Assembly: GCA_052390515.1 (NCBI GenBank)
Contig: JBQTGV010000032.1
Span: forward strand, 1 to 47,496
Source: Candidatus Eiseniibacteriota bacterium
GTDB taxonomy: Bacteria > ARS69
DNA length: 47,496 nucleotides
Direction of reading: 5' to 3'
Below are positions 8,421-20,510 of the stretch, one piece after another. Every line of letters starts with the position of its first letter. Position 1 is the stretch's first letter. The notes under the pieces are model-generated. The model did no database searches. It was given only the letters and a program-made list of their open reading frames with translations, and had not been told where the DNA came from. The position numbers and the translations under genes were made by a program.

Positions 8421-9898
8421 GCGGCCTCCCCCGCTCCCCGGCGAAGGCCGAGCAGGCCCGCCCCCACCAGCAGGATGCACACCGCCGCCAGGCCGGCGAC
8501 GAGCCTCGCCGGCGCGCGGATCATCGGCAGGTAGACCCAGGCGACGTCCGGCACGCGCACGGTGACCGGCGGCGCGCCATCCAGGATCGACGAGTACGGG
8601 CTGCGGTCCGTCTCCGCGTCAAACGACGCGATGCGCTCCCCGAGCGAGCCGAGGAAGGTCATCGCTATGCGAAGCTCCACCCAGATCTGCGAGCGGGAGG
8701 CGTGGAAGTGGTCCGCGCCGGCGCGCTCGCGGATGCCCGTGTCCCGCATCCACTGATTGTGCCAGAGGAAGTAGCACTCGTAGCTCACCATCACACCGAC
8801 GAGCTGCACGGCGAAGGAGACCGCGATCAGCGGGGCGAGCAGCGCCGCCCGCACGCGTCCCGGCTCGAGCAGGGGCAGGAGCAGGAGCGACACCGCGGGA
8901 ACGACGGGCAACAGATGCCGCGGACCCCAGGTCCAGTCCCCGTTCCACACCGTGACGAAGCTCAGGAAGACCAGGTACCCGCCGGCCAGCAGCAGCGCGG
9001 CCACGGCGAAGCGCGGCCGGCGGCGGCGCAGCTCCAGCCACCCCCACGGCGCGAGTGCCAGGATCGGGCTGAACAGGAAGAAGCTGCGGCCGGGGCTCGC
9101 CAGGAGACCGACGAGTCCTTCCCACTGCAGCGCGAAGTACCGATACCCGGTGTGCGAGTACCCGGTGGCGAGCGGAGATCCCCAGCGCAGCACGTTGTAA
9201 AGCAGCGCCACGGCCACGAGCGGCGCCGCACCGGCCAGGAAGGCCAAGGCGACGCGCCTCCGCGACGGCCCGGCGGCCGCCCCCAGCAGCCAAGCGACCG
9301 CCGGCAGCGCGACGACGGCGGTGGGCCGCACCAGGAGGGCGAAGGACAGCGCCGCCCCCGCGAGAGCGGCTCCGCGCGGGTCGGGGCGCAGGGCGAAGAA
9401 CAACGCCGCCGTCCCGGCCGCCATCTCGAGGGGCGCCTCGAACGTGAGCCTCGCGTGTGGCCAAGCGAGCGTGGCGAGCCCGAAGACGAGCGCCGTGCCG
9501 GCGGAGGCGCGCGCTCCGAAGCCCAGCCGCGCGCCGATCAGCACGAGGAGCGCGCCGGTGAGCGCCGTCGCGGCGGGGTTGATCAGCGTCACGAGCTGCG
9601 CGTCGTGAGCTCCCCCGAGAGCCACGAGCGGCGCCATCAGGAGGGACTGCGCCAGGCCGTAGACAGCGTAGTGCCTGCCGTCCCGTCCCTCGAAGGAGCC
9701 GACCACGCCGAACGGAGTGCTCATCTCCAGCGGACGGATGGCCGGAGTGCCCTCGCGCACCAGCGCGCGAGCCACCTCCAGGCGGACCGCGGTGTCGATC
9801 GTGTCGATCCGGAACGAGGCCGTCGCGAGGTAGGCGCCGAGGAGGAGGCAGAACACGGAGAGAGCGCTGCGGCCTGCAGGAGAACCCGGCACGTTCAC
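8417..9898 (-). CDS. Polytopic membrane protein, probable GT-C glycosyltransferase
   Basis: Acidic first loop (DTID), YAVYGLAQS, YNVLRWGSPLATGY, GLLASPGRSFFLFSP and WNGDWTWGPRHLLP. The true start is probably GTG 9898, because the longer ORF overlaps the divergent gene. Confidence 0.65.
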   Translation of the reverse strand: MNVPGSPAGRSALSVFCLLLGAYLATASFRIDTIDTAVRLEVARALVREGTPAIRPLEMSTPFGVVGSFEGRDGRHYAVYGLAQSLLMAPLVALGGAHDAQLVTLINPAATALTGALLVLIGARLGFGARASAGTALVFGLATLAWPHARLTFEAPLEMAAGTAALFFALRPDPRGAALAGAALSFALLVRPTAVVALPAVAWLLGAAAGPSRRRVALAFLAGAAPLVAVALLYNVLRWGSPLATGYSHTGYRYFALQWEGLVGLLASPGRSFFLFSPILALAPWGWLELRRRRPRFAVAALLLAGGYLVFLSFVTVWNGDWTWGPRHLLPVVPAVSLLLLPLLEPGRVRAALLAPLIAVSFAVQLVGVMVSYECYFLWHNQWMRDTGIRERAGADHFHASRSQIWVELRIAMTFLGSLGERIASFDAETDRSPYSSILDGAPPVTVRVPDVAWVYLPMIRAPARLVAGLAAVCILLVGAGLLGLRRGAGEAA

Positions 9899-9954
9899 CC
9901 CCCACCGCCAGTTTCGCCCCCCGCCCGACGGTCGGTCAAATCCTGTAAAGGCGC

Positions 9955-9982
9955 TGAACATGTCGGGGGGCGCCCTCGTCTC
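9955..9982 (+). promoter_or_regulatory. Putative ECF-sigma promoter
   Basis: TGAAC-N17-CGTCTC about 40 nt upstream of the ATG at 10023. Confidence 0.35.
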
Positions 9983-10022
9983 TACGGCAACCTCGTCTGC
10001 GCCGGACTCGACGGAGGAAGCC

Positions 10023-12311
10023 ATGCCCCTGACGCCCCGAACCCTCCCCGCGTTGCTCGCCCTCCTGATCGCGCCGGCTGCGCTCGCCGACCCCGAGGCC
10101 CCGGCGAGCGCGTCGTTCGAACCTCGCTTCGTTCCCGCTCTGCATGTCTCGCGCGCGCCCGGCCCGATCCGGATCGACGGTGAGCTCGACGACGCCGGTT
10201 GGGACGGCGCCGCACGCGCTTCCGGCTTCGCCGAGGTCAATCCGGGAGACCAGGTTCTCCCCGCCGTCGACTCCGAGGCCTGGATCGCTTACGACGACGA
10301 GAAGCTCTACGTCGCGCTGATCGCCCGCGACGATCCGGCCGAAGTCCGCGTCTCGGTGAAGGACCGGGACGAGATCTTCCAGGACGACTACTTCGGGATC
10401 ATGCTCGACACGTACGGCGACCAGGGCTGGGGGTACGAGCTGTTCGTCAACCCGATCGGCATCCAGGGCGACCTCCGCATGATGGGCGGCGGGAACGAGG
10501 ACATGTCCTTCGATCTCGTGTGGGAATCGAAAGGACGCCTCACCGAGACCGGGTACCAGGTGGAGATCGCCATCCCGTTCCGCAGCCTGCGCTTCCCGGA
10601 CCGTCCCGTGCAGGCTTGGCGCGCGAACTTCTGGCGAGATCGCCAGCGGGAGGCGCGCTTCCAGTACGCGTGGGCCGCTCAGGACCGGGACAACCCCTGC
10701 TTCCTGTGCCAGCTCGGCACGCTCTCCGGCATCGAGAACATCCGGCCCGGCCGCAACGCCGAGGCGATCGCCAGCGTGATCGGTTCTCAGGCCGGGGCGC
10801 TCGCCGACGACGCCGACCCGACGTCCGGATTCGAGAACGAGGATCCCCAGGGCGATGCTTCGCTGAACCTCAAGTACGGGTTCTCCTCCACGTCCACGGG
10901 CGAGCTCGCCCTCAATCCGGACTTCAGTCAGGTCGAGTCCGACGCCGGCCAGATCGACGTGAACACGACGTTCGCCCTGTTCTTCCCGGAGCGGAGGCCC
11001 TTCTTCCAGGAGGGCAGCAACCTCTACGGGACCTGGATCGAGACGATCTACACGCGGTCCATCAACGATCCGGAGATCGCCGCGAAGTTCGCCGGGCAGC
11101 ACGGGAAGACGAGCCTCGTGTACCTCGCCGCGCGCGACGACGCCTCCCCCCTGATCGTGCCGCTCGAGGAACGGAGCGAGTTCCTCCTGCTGGACGAGAG
11201 CGTGAGCAACATCCTGCGGGTGCGACGGTCGCTGAAGGAGGACGCCTTCATCGGCGGCCTCGTCACCGACCGCCGCCTCGAGGGGGGCGGGTCCGGCACG
11301 GTCGTCTCCGGCGATGCGCTGCTGCGCTTCGCGAAGAACTACCGCATCGAGATCCAGGCGGCGACGAGCCGAACCGACGAGCCGGACGACGCGGCGCTGA
11401 CCGAAGACCTGGATCCGGTCACGTTCCACGACGACAAGCATACCGTAGCGTTCGACGACGAGACGTTCTGGGGCAACGCCGCCTACGTGAGCCTGGAGCG
11501 CGGCGCGCGCTTGTGGAGCTTCGACTTCGACTACTGGGACTTCGATCCTTCGTTCCGCACGGATAACGGTTTCACCACGCGGAACGACTACCGCCAGCTC
11601 TCCGGCTGGACCGCGCTCGCCTTCCGCCCCGGCTCCGAGTGGCTCACGCGGGCGCAGCCGGACATCGGCATCGGCCGGGTGTGGAGCCACGACGGACGCT
11701 TCAAGGACGAGTGGCTCCGGCCGACGTTCTGGTTCATCACCAAGGGGCAGACCGAGATCGGCTCTCAGTATCTCATCAGCCGGGAGCGGTTCGGCCCGGA
11801 GACGTTCCCGGGGATCCGCGTGTGGTCGTTCTGGGCCGAGACCACGCCGACCGAGATGCTGAGCGGCGGCTTCAACGGCAACGTGGGACGGGGCATCTAC
11901 CGGGACTTCGACGACCCCGAGCTGGCCGATCAACGCAGCTGGGGAGTCTTCCTGCGGGTCAAGCCGTCGCGGCACGTCGATCTCGAGACGGACTGGGACT
12001 ACGCGCGGATGGACAGCCGGGAGCGCGACGAGAATCTCTTCGCCGGATGGATCCTGCGCAACCGCATCTCGATCAACTTCACGCGGGAGTGGTTCGTGCG
12101 CGTCGTCGTGCAGTACGACGAGTTCGACGATCGGCTCGACGTGGAGCCGCTCCTCACCTATCGCATCAACCCCTTCACCGTGTTCTTCGCCGGATCGGTG
12201 AATCGGTACCGCTACTACGACCAGGGCGATTACGACATGCTGTCCGGTTCCGAGTGGCGGAGCTCGTCACGCCAGTTCTTCGCCAAGCTCCAATACCTGC
12301 TGCAGATCTGA
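10023..12311 (+). CDS. CBM9-like domain plus DUF5916-type outer-membrane barrel protein
   Basis: GGAGG RBS, signal peptide, IRIDGELDDAGW..YDDEKLYV CBM9-like start, NPDFSQVESD..FFPERRPFFQEG signature and C-terminal FFAKLQYL. Confidence 0.85.
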   Translation: MPLTPRTLPALLALLIAPAALADPEAPASASFEPRFVPALHVSRAPGPIRIDGELDDAGWDGAARASGFAEVNPGDQVLPAVDSEAWIAYDDEKLYVALIARDDPAEVRVSVKDRDEIFQDDYFGIMLDTYGDQGWGYELFVNPIGIQGDLRMMGGGNEDMSFDLVWESKGRLTETGYQVEIAIPFRSLRFPDRPVQAWRANFWRDRQREARFQYAWAAQDRDNPCFLCQLGTLSGIENIRPGRNAEAIASVIGSQAGALADDADPTSGFENEDPQGDASLNLKYGFSSTSTGELALNPDFSQVESDAGQIDVNTTFALFFPERRPFFQEGSNLYGTWIETIYTRSINDPEIAAKFAGQHGKTSLVYLAARDDASPLIVPLEERSEFLLLDESVSNILRVRRSLKEDAFIGGLVTDRRLEGGGSGTVVSGDALLRFAKNYRIEIQAATSRTDEPDDAALTEDLDPVTFHDDKHTVAFDDETFWGNAAYVSLERGARLWSFDFDYWDFDPSFRTDNGFTTRNDYRQLSGWTALAFRPGSEWLTRAQPDIGIGRVWSHDGRFKDEWLRPTFWFITKGQTEIGSQYLISRERFGPETFPGIRVWSFWAETTPTEMLSGGFNGNVGRGIYRDFDDPELADQRSWGVFLRVKPSRHVDLETDWDYARMDSRERDENLFAGWILRNRISINFTREWFVRVVVQYDEFDDRLDVEPLLTYRINPFTVFFAGSVNRYRYYDQGDYDMLSGSEWRSSSRQFFAKLQYLLQI

Positions 12312-12313
12312 CC

Positions 12314-13420
12314 TCACCGCGGCGGTCCCGCGCCGGGATCGCCGCGCGGCAGCAGGACCGTGGCGGTGGAACCGCGCCCCGGATTCGACGCGACCGCGAG
12401 CCTTCCCCCGTGCGCGTCCACGATGGAGCGGCTGATGGTCAGGCCCATGCCCAGTCCGTCGCGCTTGCTGGTGTAGAACGCCTCGAAGATCCGCTCGCCC
12501 ACGTCGGCGGGCACTCCCGCGCCGCGGTCCTCGAAGGCGATCTCGACGCCATCGTCGCGGGAGCGCGTCCGCACCGTCACGAGGCGCTCGCCCGGCGGGG
12601 CGTCGAGGGAGGCCTCGTACGAGTTGCGCAGCAGGTTGACCACGACCTGCTGGATCTGCAGCCGGTCGGCGACGACCTCGCCCTCGGGATCCAGCTCCAG
12701 CTCGACCGACACGCCGCAGCGCCGCGCCTCGAAGTCGAGCAGCGCCACGGACTCGCTCACCAGCGGCGCGATGTCGAAGCGCGTGCGTTCCCCGTCGGCC
12801 TTGCGGGCGAAGGCCCGGATCCGGGCCACGATGGCGCCGCAGGAGCGGGCCTGGTCGGCGATCTGTCGTATCCACGGCAGCACGCGCTCCGGCTCCGCGC
12901 CGCGTCGGAGGGACTCCTCGCAGGCTCCGGCGAACAGCGTGATGGACTGCAGGGGCTGGTTCACCTCGTGCGCGATCCCGGCGATCAGCTCGCCGAGCGT
13001 GGAGAGCCGCGTCACGTGCGCCAGCTCCGCCTCGCGGCGCGCCGCGTCCTCCTCGAGCCGGCGCAGCTCGGTGATGTCCCGGAGAATGCAGCGGCTGTAC
13101 AGCACCCGCCCGGACTCGTCGCGTACCGCCGAGGCGTTCATGCTGGCCCGGATCACGGAGCCGTCGCGGCGCAGGACGCGCAGCTCCACGTCACGGGCGC
13201 TGCCCGTCTCCTGCACCTGTTCAAGCGCGCGCTGTGCCGCCTCCCGGCTCTCCGGCGCGCAGAGCTCGGACACCGGCCGCCCGATCACCTCCTCGCGGGT
13301 CCGGCTCAGCGCCCCGAGCAGCGTCCGGTTGCACTCCACAACCTCACCGGTGCGCGCGTCCACGGAGACGAACATGTCCGGTGCATCGTCGTAGAGATCC
13401 GCCGTACGCCGCGCGGTCAC
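12314..13420 (-). CDS. Cytoplasmic PAS sensor histidine kinase (FixL/TtrS-like)
   Basis: PAS-PAC domain, H-box GIAHEVNQPL, N-box QVVVNLLRNS, DRGAG, FEAFYTSK and GLGMGL. GTG start overlaps the sulfatase stop. Confidence 0.9.
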   Translation of the reverse strand: MTARRTADLYDDAPDMFVSVDARTGEVVECNRTLLGALSRTREEVIGRPVSELCAPESREAAQRALEQVQETGSARDVELRVLRRDGSVIRASMNASAVRDESGRVLYSRCILRDITELRRLEEDAARREAELAHVTRLSTLGELIAGIAHEVNQPLQSITLFAGACEESLRRGAEPERVLPWIRQIADQARSCGAIVARIRAFARKADGERTRFDIAPLVSESVALLDFEARRCGVSVELELDPEGEVVADRLQIQQVVVNLLRNSYEASLDAPPGERLVTVRTRSRDDGVEIAFEDRGAGVPADVGERIFEAFYTSKRDGLGMGLTISRSIVDAHGGRLAVASNPGRGSTATVLLPRGDPGAGPPR

Positions 13421-15066
13421 TCCACGTACCCCAGCGCTTCGAGGCGCTCCATGTCCTGCTCGTCGAGCGGCGCGTCGGTCGCCTCGGGCGCCACCGCCCC
13501 CGCCTGCTCCATCGCCGCCTCGAGCATCGCCCGCAATCTCCGCGCCTCGTCCGGACGCTCCTCCAGGAGATTCGTGGTCTCTCCCGGATCCTCGTCGAGA
13601 TCGAACAGCAGGTCGCCCCGAGCCCAGGGGTCGCGGAACGTGGTCTCCCACTTCCGGACGCTCACGAACTTGCGGTCCCGCGTGCGCACGGCACGGATGT
13701 CGAAGGATCCGTACTTCTCCAGGATCTGCTCCAGGTAGGCGGAACGCTCCGGTCCCGGGTCGGGACGTCCCAGGGCCAGCTGCAGCGCGCTGCGCCCGCG
13801 CATCTCGTGGCTCACCGGAATCCGCAGGTAGGCGAGCAGCGTGGGCAGGACGTCGACGCTGGAAACGACCTCGTCGACCACGCGCGTGGTGCGCGGCAGG
13901 CGCGGGAAGCGCACCGGCACCGGCAACGAGAGAACGAGCGGCACGCGGACGGTCTCCTCGAACAGCGAGTGGCCGTGGCCGATTTCGCCGTGCTCCCAGA
14001 ACTCCTCGCCGTGGTCGGAGGTGTACACGAACAACGCGTCGTCCGCCATGCCGCGGACCGCCAGGCTCTCCGACAGCGCGCGGAACTGATCATCCCAATA
14101 GGTGATGGTCGCGTCGTACTGGGCGATCAGGTTGTGCAGCTCGTCCGGGCCCGGCTCGCCCTGCACCTTGGTGCTCCACACGTACACCGGGTCGGCCTTC
14201 CAGTCGGGGTCGTACAACGTGCGGTACTTCTCCGGAGACTGGTAGGGCGTATGGGGGTCCGTGTAGAAGAGGAGCGCGAACACCGGTCGGTGCGGCCGGG
14301 AGCCGTCCCGCGACGAGTCCGCAGTGGAGTCGGCCGGCATCCCTGCGGCTCGGAGTGAATCGATCGCCGCCAGCGCCCGGGCGTTGACCCTCTCCGCGTA
14401 GATCGGCGTGGACGTTCCCGAGCCGAGCATCTCATAGGTGTCGAAGCCCTGGTCGAAGCCGTTGTTCTTGCTCAGGTGTGGATTCGTCACCACCCCGACC
14501 GTCGAGTAGCCCTCGAACGCCAGGATCTCGGGCAGCAGCAGGAACCCCTCCCACAGCTTCTTCGCGTAGTCGATCAGTCCGTGGTCGGACGGATACACCG
14601 AGGCGAGCAGGCAGGGCGTGGTCACGATGGTGTGGGATCCCTGGGACATCGAGTTCGTGAACACGACGGAGCGCGCCGCCAGTTCCTGGAGGAAGGGCGT
14701 GGTGGGCCGCCCGTACCCGTACAGCGACAGGTGATCGGCGCGCGTCGTGTCGGTGACGAGCAGGAACACGTGCGGGAGGTCGCGCGCGTTGCGGGGAACG
14801 AACACGGCGAAGCCGGCCGCCGCGACGAGCAGCGCGCCGAGAACGCAGGCCGGTCGGGTGCGCCGGCGGAGAGCCACGGCGACGACCGCTCCGAGCGCCG
14901 CGCCCACCGCGGCCAGCGCCGCGCCGGCGCCGAGGAAGAAGCTCCAGAACGCTCCGGCCTGATCCGCGGCGATGTCGCCGAAGCGCAGCGCGACGATCTG
15001 CCACTTCCCCGCGGCCGCGCCGGCGCCGAACCCGATCAGCAGGATTCCCGCGAGGGTGCGCAGCAT
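13417..15066 (-). CDS. Membrane-anchored sulfatase-like / alkaline phosphatase superfamily protein
   Basis: Three N-terminal TM segments, DTTRADHLS.YGY.R.TTP, DPHTPY, SDHGEEF.EHG..GHG, and C-terminal ERLEALGYVE. Confidence 0.88.
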   Translation of the reverse strand: MLRTLAGILLIGFGAGAAAGKWQIVALRFGDIAADQAGAFWSFFLGAGAALAAVGAALGAVVAVALRRRTRPACVLGALLVAAAGFAVFVPRNARDLPHVFLLVTDTTRADHLSLYGYGRPTTPFLQELAARSVVFTNSMSQGSHTIVTTPCLLASVYPSDHGLIDYAKKLWEGFLLLPEILAFEGYSTVGVVTNPHLSKNNGFDQGFDTYEMLGSGTSTPIYAERVNARALAAIDSLRAAGMPADSTADSSRDGSRPHRPVFALLFYTDPHTPYQSPEKYRTLYDPDWKADPVYVWSTKVQGEPGPDELHNLIAQYDATITYWDDQFRALSESLAVRGMADDALFVYTSDHGEEFWEHGEIGHGHSLFEETVRVPLVLSLPVPVRFPRLPRTTRVVDEVVSSVDVLPTLLAYLRIPVSHEMRGRSALQLALGRPDPGPERSAYLEQILEKYGSFDIRAVRTRDRKFVSVRKWETTFRDPWARGDLLFDLDEDPGETTNLLEERPDEARRLRAMLEAAMEQAGAVAPEATDAPLDEQDMERLEALGYVE

Positions 15067-15145
15067 CGGGGCAGTGTACCAGACCGTCGCAGAACGGGAA
15101 CGCCGACAAGTCCTGCCGACGCGACGCATGGAACGGCAGCCCGGC

Positions 15146-15175
15146 TTGAATGTCGCGGGCCGCTTCCGCTACGAT
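15146..15175 (+). promoter_or_regulatory. Putative sigma70 promoter for the S8 protease
   Basis: TTGAAT-N18-TACGAT, about 35 nt upstream of ATG 15209. Confidence 0.45.
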
Positions 15176-15208
15176 CGTGGCACGGCACGATCGCCCCCCG
15201 GAGCATCG

Positions 15209-16750
15209 ATGGTCACCGCGCGCGAGATCGTCGCCTTCCTCTGCGCCGTCTCGGGGACTCTATTCCCCACATCCGTCCGGGCGGCCTCCGGCGCCGACGA
15301 CGACGACGAGCTCGTGGTCGGCTTCCACCGCCTGCTTCGCCCCGAGTCCGAGCGCGTCGTCCACGACGTGGCCGGCGCCCGATTCCTGCGGCGCTCGCCC
15401 GACCGCGCCGTCGCGCTGGTGCGCGTGCGAGAAGGGTCCTCCGTCGAAGAGGTGATGGCGGCCTACCGCGGCCGGCCCGAGGTGGCGTTCGTGCACCCGA
15501 ACCATGTCGGCGGCGGCGGCCTGCTGCCCGACGACACCGGCTGGGCGGCGCTGTGGCACCACCAGAACCTCGGGCAGTCCGGCGGCACGACCGGCGCGGA
15601 CCTCGAGTCGCCGGCCGGGTGGGACCTGCATCGTGGGAGCCCGTCGGTCACCGTCGCGGTGCTGGACACCGGCGTGGACATCGCCCACCCGGAGTTCGCC
15701 GGACGGCTGCTCCCCGGATGGGACTTCGCGAACGACGACGACGAGCCGGCGGACGACCACGGCCACGGAACGTGGGTGACCGGAGTGATCGCCGCGAACG
15801 CCGGCAACGGGTTCGGGACCGCGGGCGTCGACCACTTCTGCTCGATCCTGCCGGTCAAGGTGCTCGGGGCCACCAACCTCGGGACGACGTTCGATCTCAT
15901 CAGCGGCATCGACTTCGCGCGACTGAGCGGCGCCGACGTGATCAACATGAGCCTCGTCAACTTTCCGTCTTCCCCGGGGCTCGACGCGGCTCTCGCCGCC
16001 GCGAAGAGCGCGGGTTGCGTGCTCGTCGCGTGCGCGGGGAACGCCGGCCTGGGCGACGCGGACGTCTCCTGGCCCGGGGCTTCGCCCCACACCATCTCGG
16101 TCGGCGCCACGACCGCTCTGGACGTGCGTGCCGGCTTCTCCGGCACGGGCGCGGCACTCGAGCTCGTCGCGCCGGGCAAGGACGTCGTCACCGTGCTGCA
16201 CGGCACGAGCGCGGACGGCACGACACTGTTCACCGGCTGCTCGGCGGCAACGCCGATCGTGTCCGGGATCGCCGGCATCCTGCGGGCGATCGACCCCACG
16301 CTCGACACCGACGCCGTCCTCGCGCTGCTCCGGGCGGGAGCCGAGGACCAGGTGGGCGACCCCGCCGAAGACGCACCCGGCTGGGACCCGTACTACGGTT
16401 TCGGCCGCGTCAACCTTCGCCGCACGCTGGAGGCGACGCTCCGCGTCGGCGTCCCGGGACCGCCTGCCTCCGGGTCCGACCTCGCGCTCACGGTCTCCCC
16501 GAACCCGGCCCGGCGCGGCACCGCGGCGGTGTTCTCGCTTCCTGCCTCCGGTCGCCTGCGCATCTCCGTGCACGACGTCGCCGGACGGACCGTGCGCGTG
16601 CTCACGGACGGGCAGCGCGGAGCGGGCTCCCACGTCGTGACCTGGGACTCTCGGGACGATCGCGGCGGGATCCTCCCCGCCGGCGTCTACTTCCTGCGCG
16701 CGGAATCGCCGCACGGAGCGCAGGTCGAGAAGGTCACGCTCCTGCGGTGA
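15209..16750 (+). CDS. S8 (subtilisin-like) serine protease with C-terminal FlgD-Ig/T9SS-like sorting domain
   Basis: Catalytic triad motifs VAVLDTG, HGHGT and GCSAATP, oxyanion AGN. C-terminus reads PNP..DVAGR.VR.L..G.H.V.WD..D..G..LPAGVYF. Confidence 0.9.
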   Translation: MVTAREIVAFLCAVSGTLFPTSVRAASGADDDDELVVGFHRLLRPESERVVHDVAGARFLRRSPDRAVALVRVREGSSVEEVMAAYRGRPEVAFVHPNHVGGGGLLPDDTGWAALWHHQNLGQSGGTTGADLESPAGWDLHRGSPSVTVAVLDTGVDIAHPEFAGRLLPGWDFANDDDEPADDHGHGTWVTGVIAANAGNGFGTAGVDHFCSILPVKVLGATNLGTTFDLISGIDFARLSGADVINMSLVNFPSSPGLDAALAAAKSAGCVLVACAGNAGLGDADVSWPGASPHTISVGATTALDVRAGFSGTGAALELVAPGKDVVTVLHGTSADGTTLFTGCSAATPIVSGIAGILRAIDPTLDTDAVLALLRAGAEDQVGDPAEDAPGWDPYYGFGRVNLRRTLEATLRVGVPGPPASGSDLALTVSPNPARRGTAAVFSLPASGRLRISVHDVAGRTVRVLTDGQRGAGSHVVTWDSRDDRGGILPAGVYFLRAESPHGAQVEKVTLLR

Positions 16751-16788
16751 TCCTTGCCGCGGGCGGCGCGCTCTGCTATCGCTAGCGA

Positions 16789-19446
<2,658 letters not shown>

Positions 19447-19448
19447 CC

Positions 19449-20489
19449 ATGGAAGCCGTCGCGTCGCCCCCGGAAGCAGCCTGGTACGCCGTCTGCGAAT
19501 CCCGCCGCCTCGGGGCGAAGCCCTTCGCCGTCACGCTCTTTGCCCGGACCGCGGTGCTGTTCCGCGACTCGAGCGGAGCCCCGGCCGCGCTCGTCGACCG
19601 CTGCCCCCACCGCAACGTGCCGCTCTCGATGGGACGCGTGCGCGGCGGGGTGCTGGAATGCGCCTACCACGGCTGGCGCTTCGCCGGAACGGGCGAGTGC
19701 CTGCACGTTCCGGGGCTCGTCGACCAGCGGCCTTCGCCCGCGAGGAACGCGCCGGTGCACGCCGCGCGCGAACGCGACGGCCTGGTGTGGATCTGGGGCC
19801 TGCCGGGAGAGGCGCCGCAGGGCGAACCGTTCGTGTTCCCGCACCTCGGCGAGGCGCGGTACACGACGCTGCGCCGCTCGGTCGAGGTGGGGTCCGCGGT
19901 CTTCGACGTGGCCGAGAACGCGATGGACGTCCCGCACACCGCGTACCTGCACGGAGGTCTCTTCCGCGACGCGAACCGCCCGCGCAACGAGATCGAGGTC
20001 GAGCTGCGTCGCTCGCGGGACCGGGTGGAGGCGGAGTACCGCGGGGAGCCGCGCCCGCCCGGACTCGTGGCCCGGCTGCTCGCGCCCGCAGGCGGGACGG
20101 TCACGCACTTCGACCGCTTCCTGCTTCCGTCGATCGTGCAGGTGGAGTACCGCCTCGGAGACGCCACGCACTTCATCGTCACGGCGGCGCTCACGCCGCT
20201 TGCGCCGCGCCGCACCCGCATCTTCACGGTGCTCAGCTTCCGGCTGCCCTTCCCGGGGTGGCTGGTGAGCCCGTGGCTCCGGCCGCTCGCGCTGCGCGTC
20301 TTCCACCAGGACGCCGGGATGCTCGAGCAGCAGACCGAGAACGTGGCCCGGTTCGGCGGCGAAGCCTACCGCTCGACCGAGGTCGACTTCTTCGGCCCGC
20401 AGATCCAGCGGCTCTGGAGGCACGCTTCCGACGGCGGGACACCGGCCGGCGAAGCGGAGATCGTGCGCACGTTGAGGATGCGGACGTAG
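19449..20489 (+). CDS. Rieske non-heme iron oxygenase, alpha subunit (VanA-like)
   Basis: CPHR..CAYHGW Rieske motif, ENAMDVPHTAYLH iron motif and a C-terminal QD ligand. Confidence 0.92.
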   Translation: MEAVASPPEAAWYAVCESRRLGAKPFAVTLFARTAVLFRDSSGAPAALVDRCPHRNVPLSMGRVRGGVLECAYHGWRFAGTGECLHVPGLVDQRPSPARNAPVHAARERDGLVWIWGLPGEAPQGEPFVFPHLGEARYTTLRRSVEVGSAVFDVAENAMDVPHTAYLHGGLFRDANRPRNEIEVELRRSRDRVEAEYRGEPRPPGLVARLLAPAGGTVTHFDRFLLPSIVQVEYRLGDATHFIVTAALTPLAPRRTRIFTVLSFRLPFPGWLVSPWLRPLALRVFHQDAGMLEQQTENVARFGGEAYRSTEVDFFGPQIQRLWRHASDGGTPAGEAEIVRTLRMRT

Positions 20490-20510
20490 CGAGTCGGCGG
20501 TCCGGCTCGG

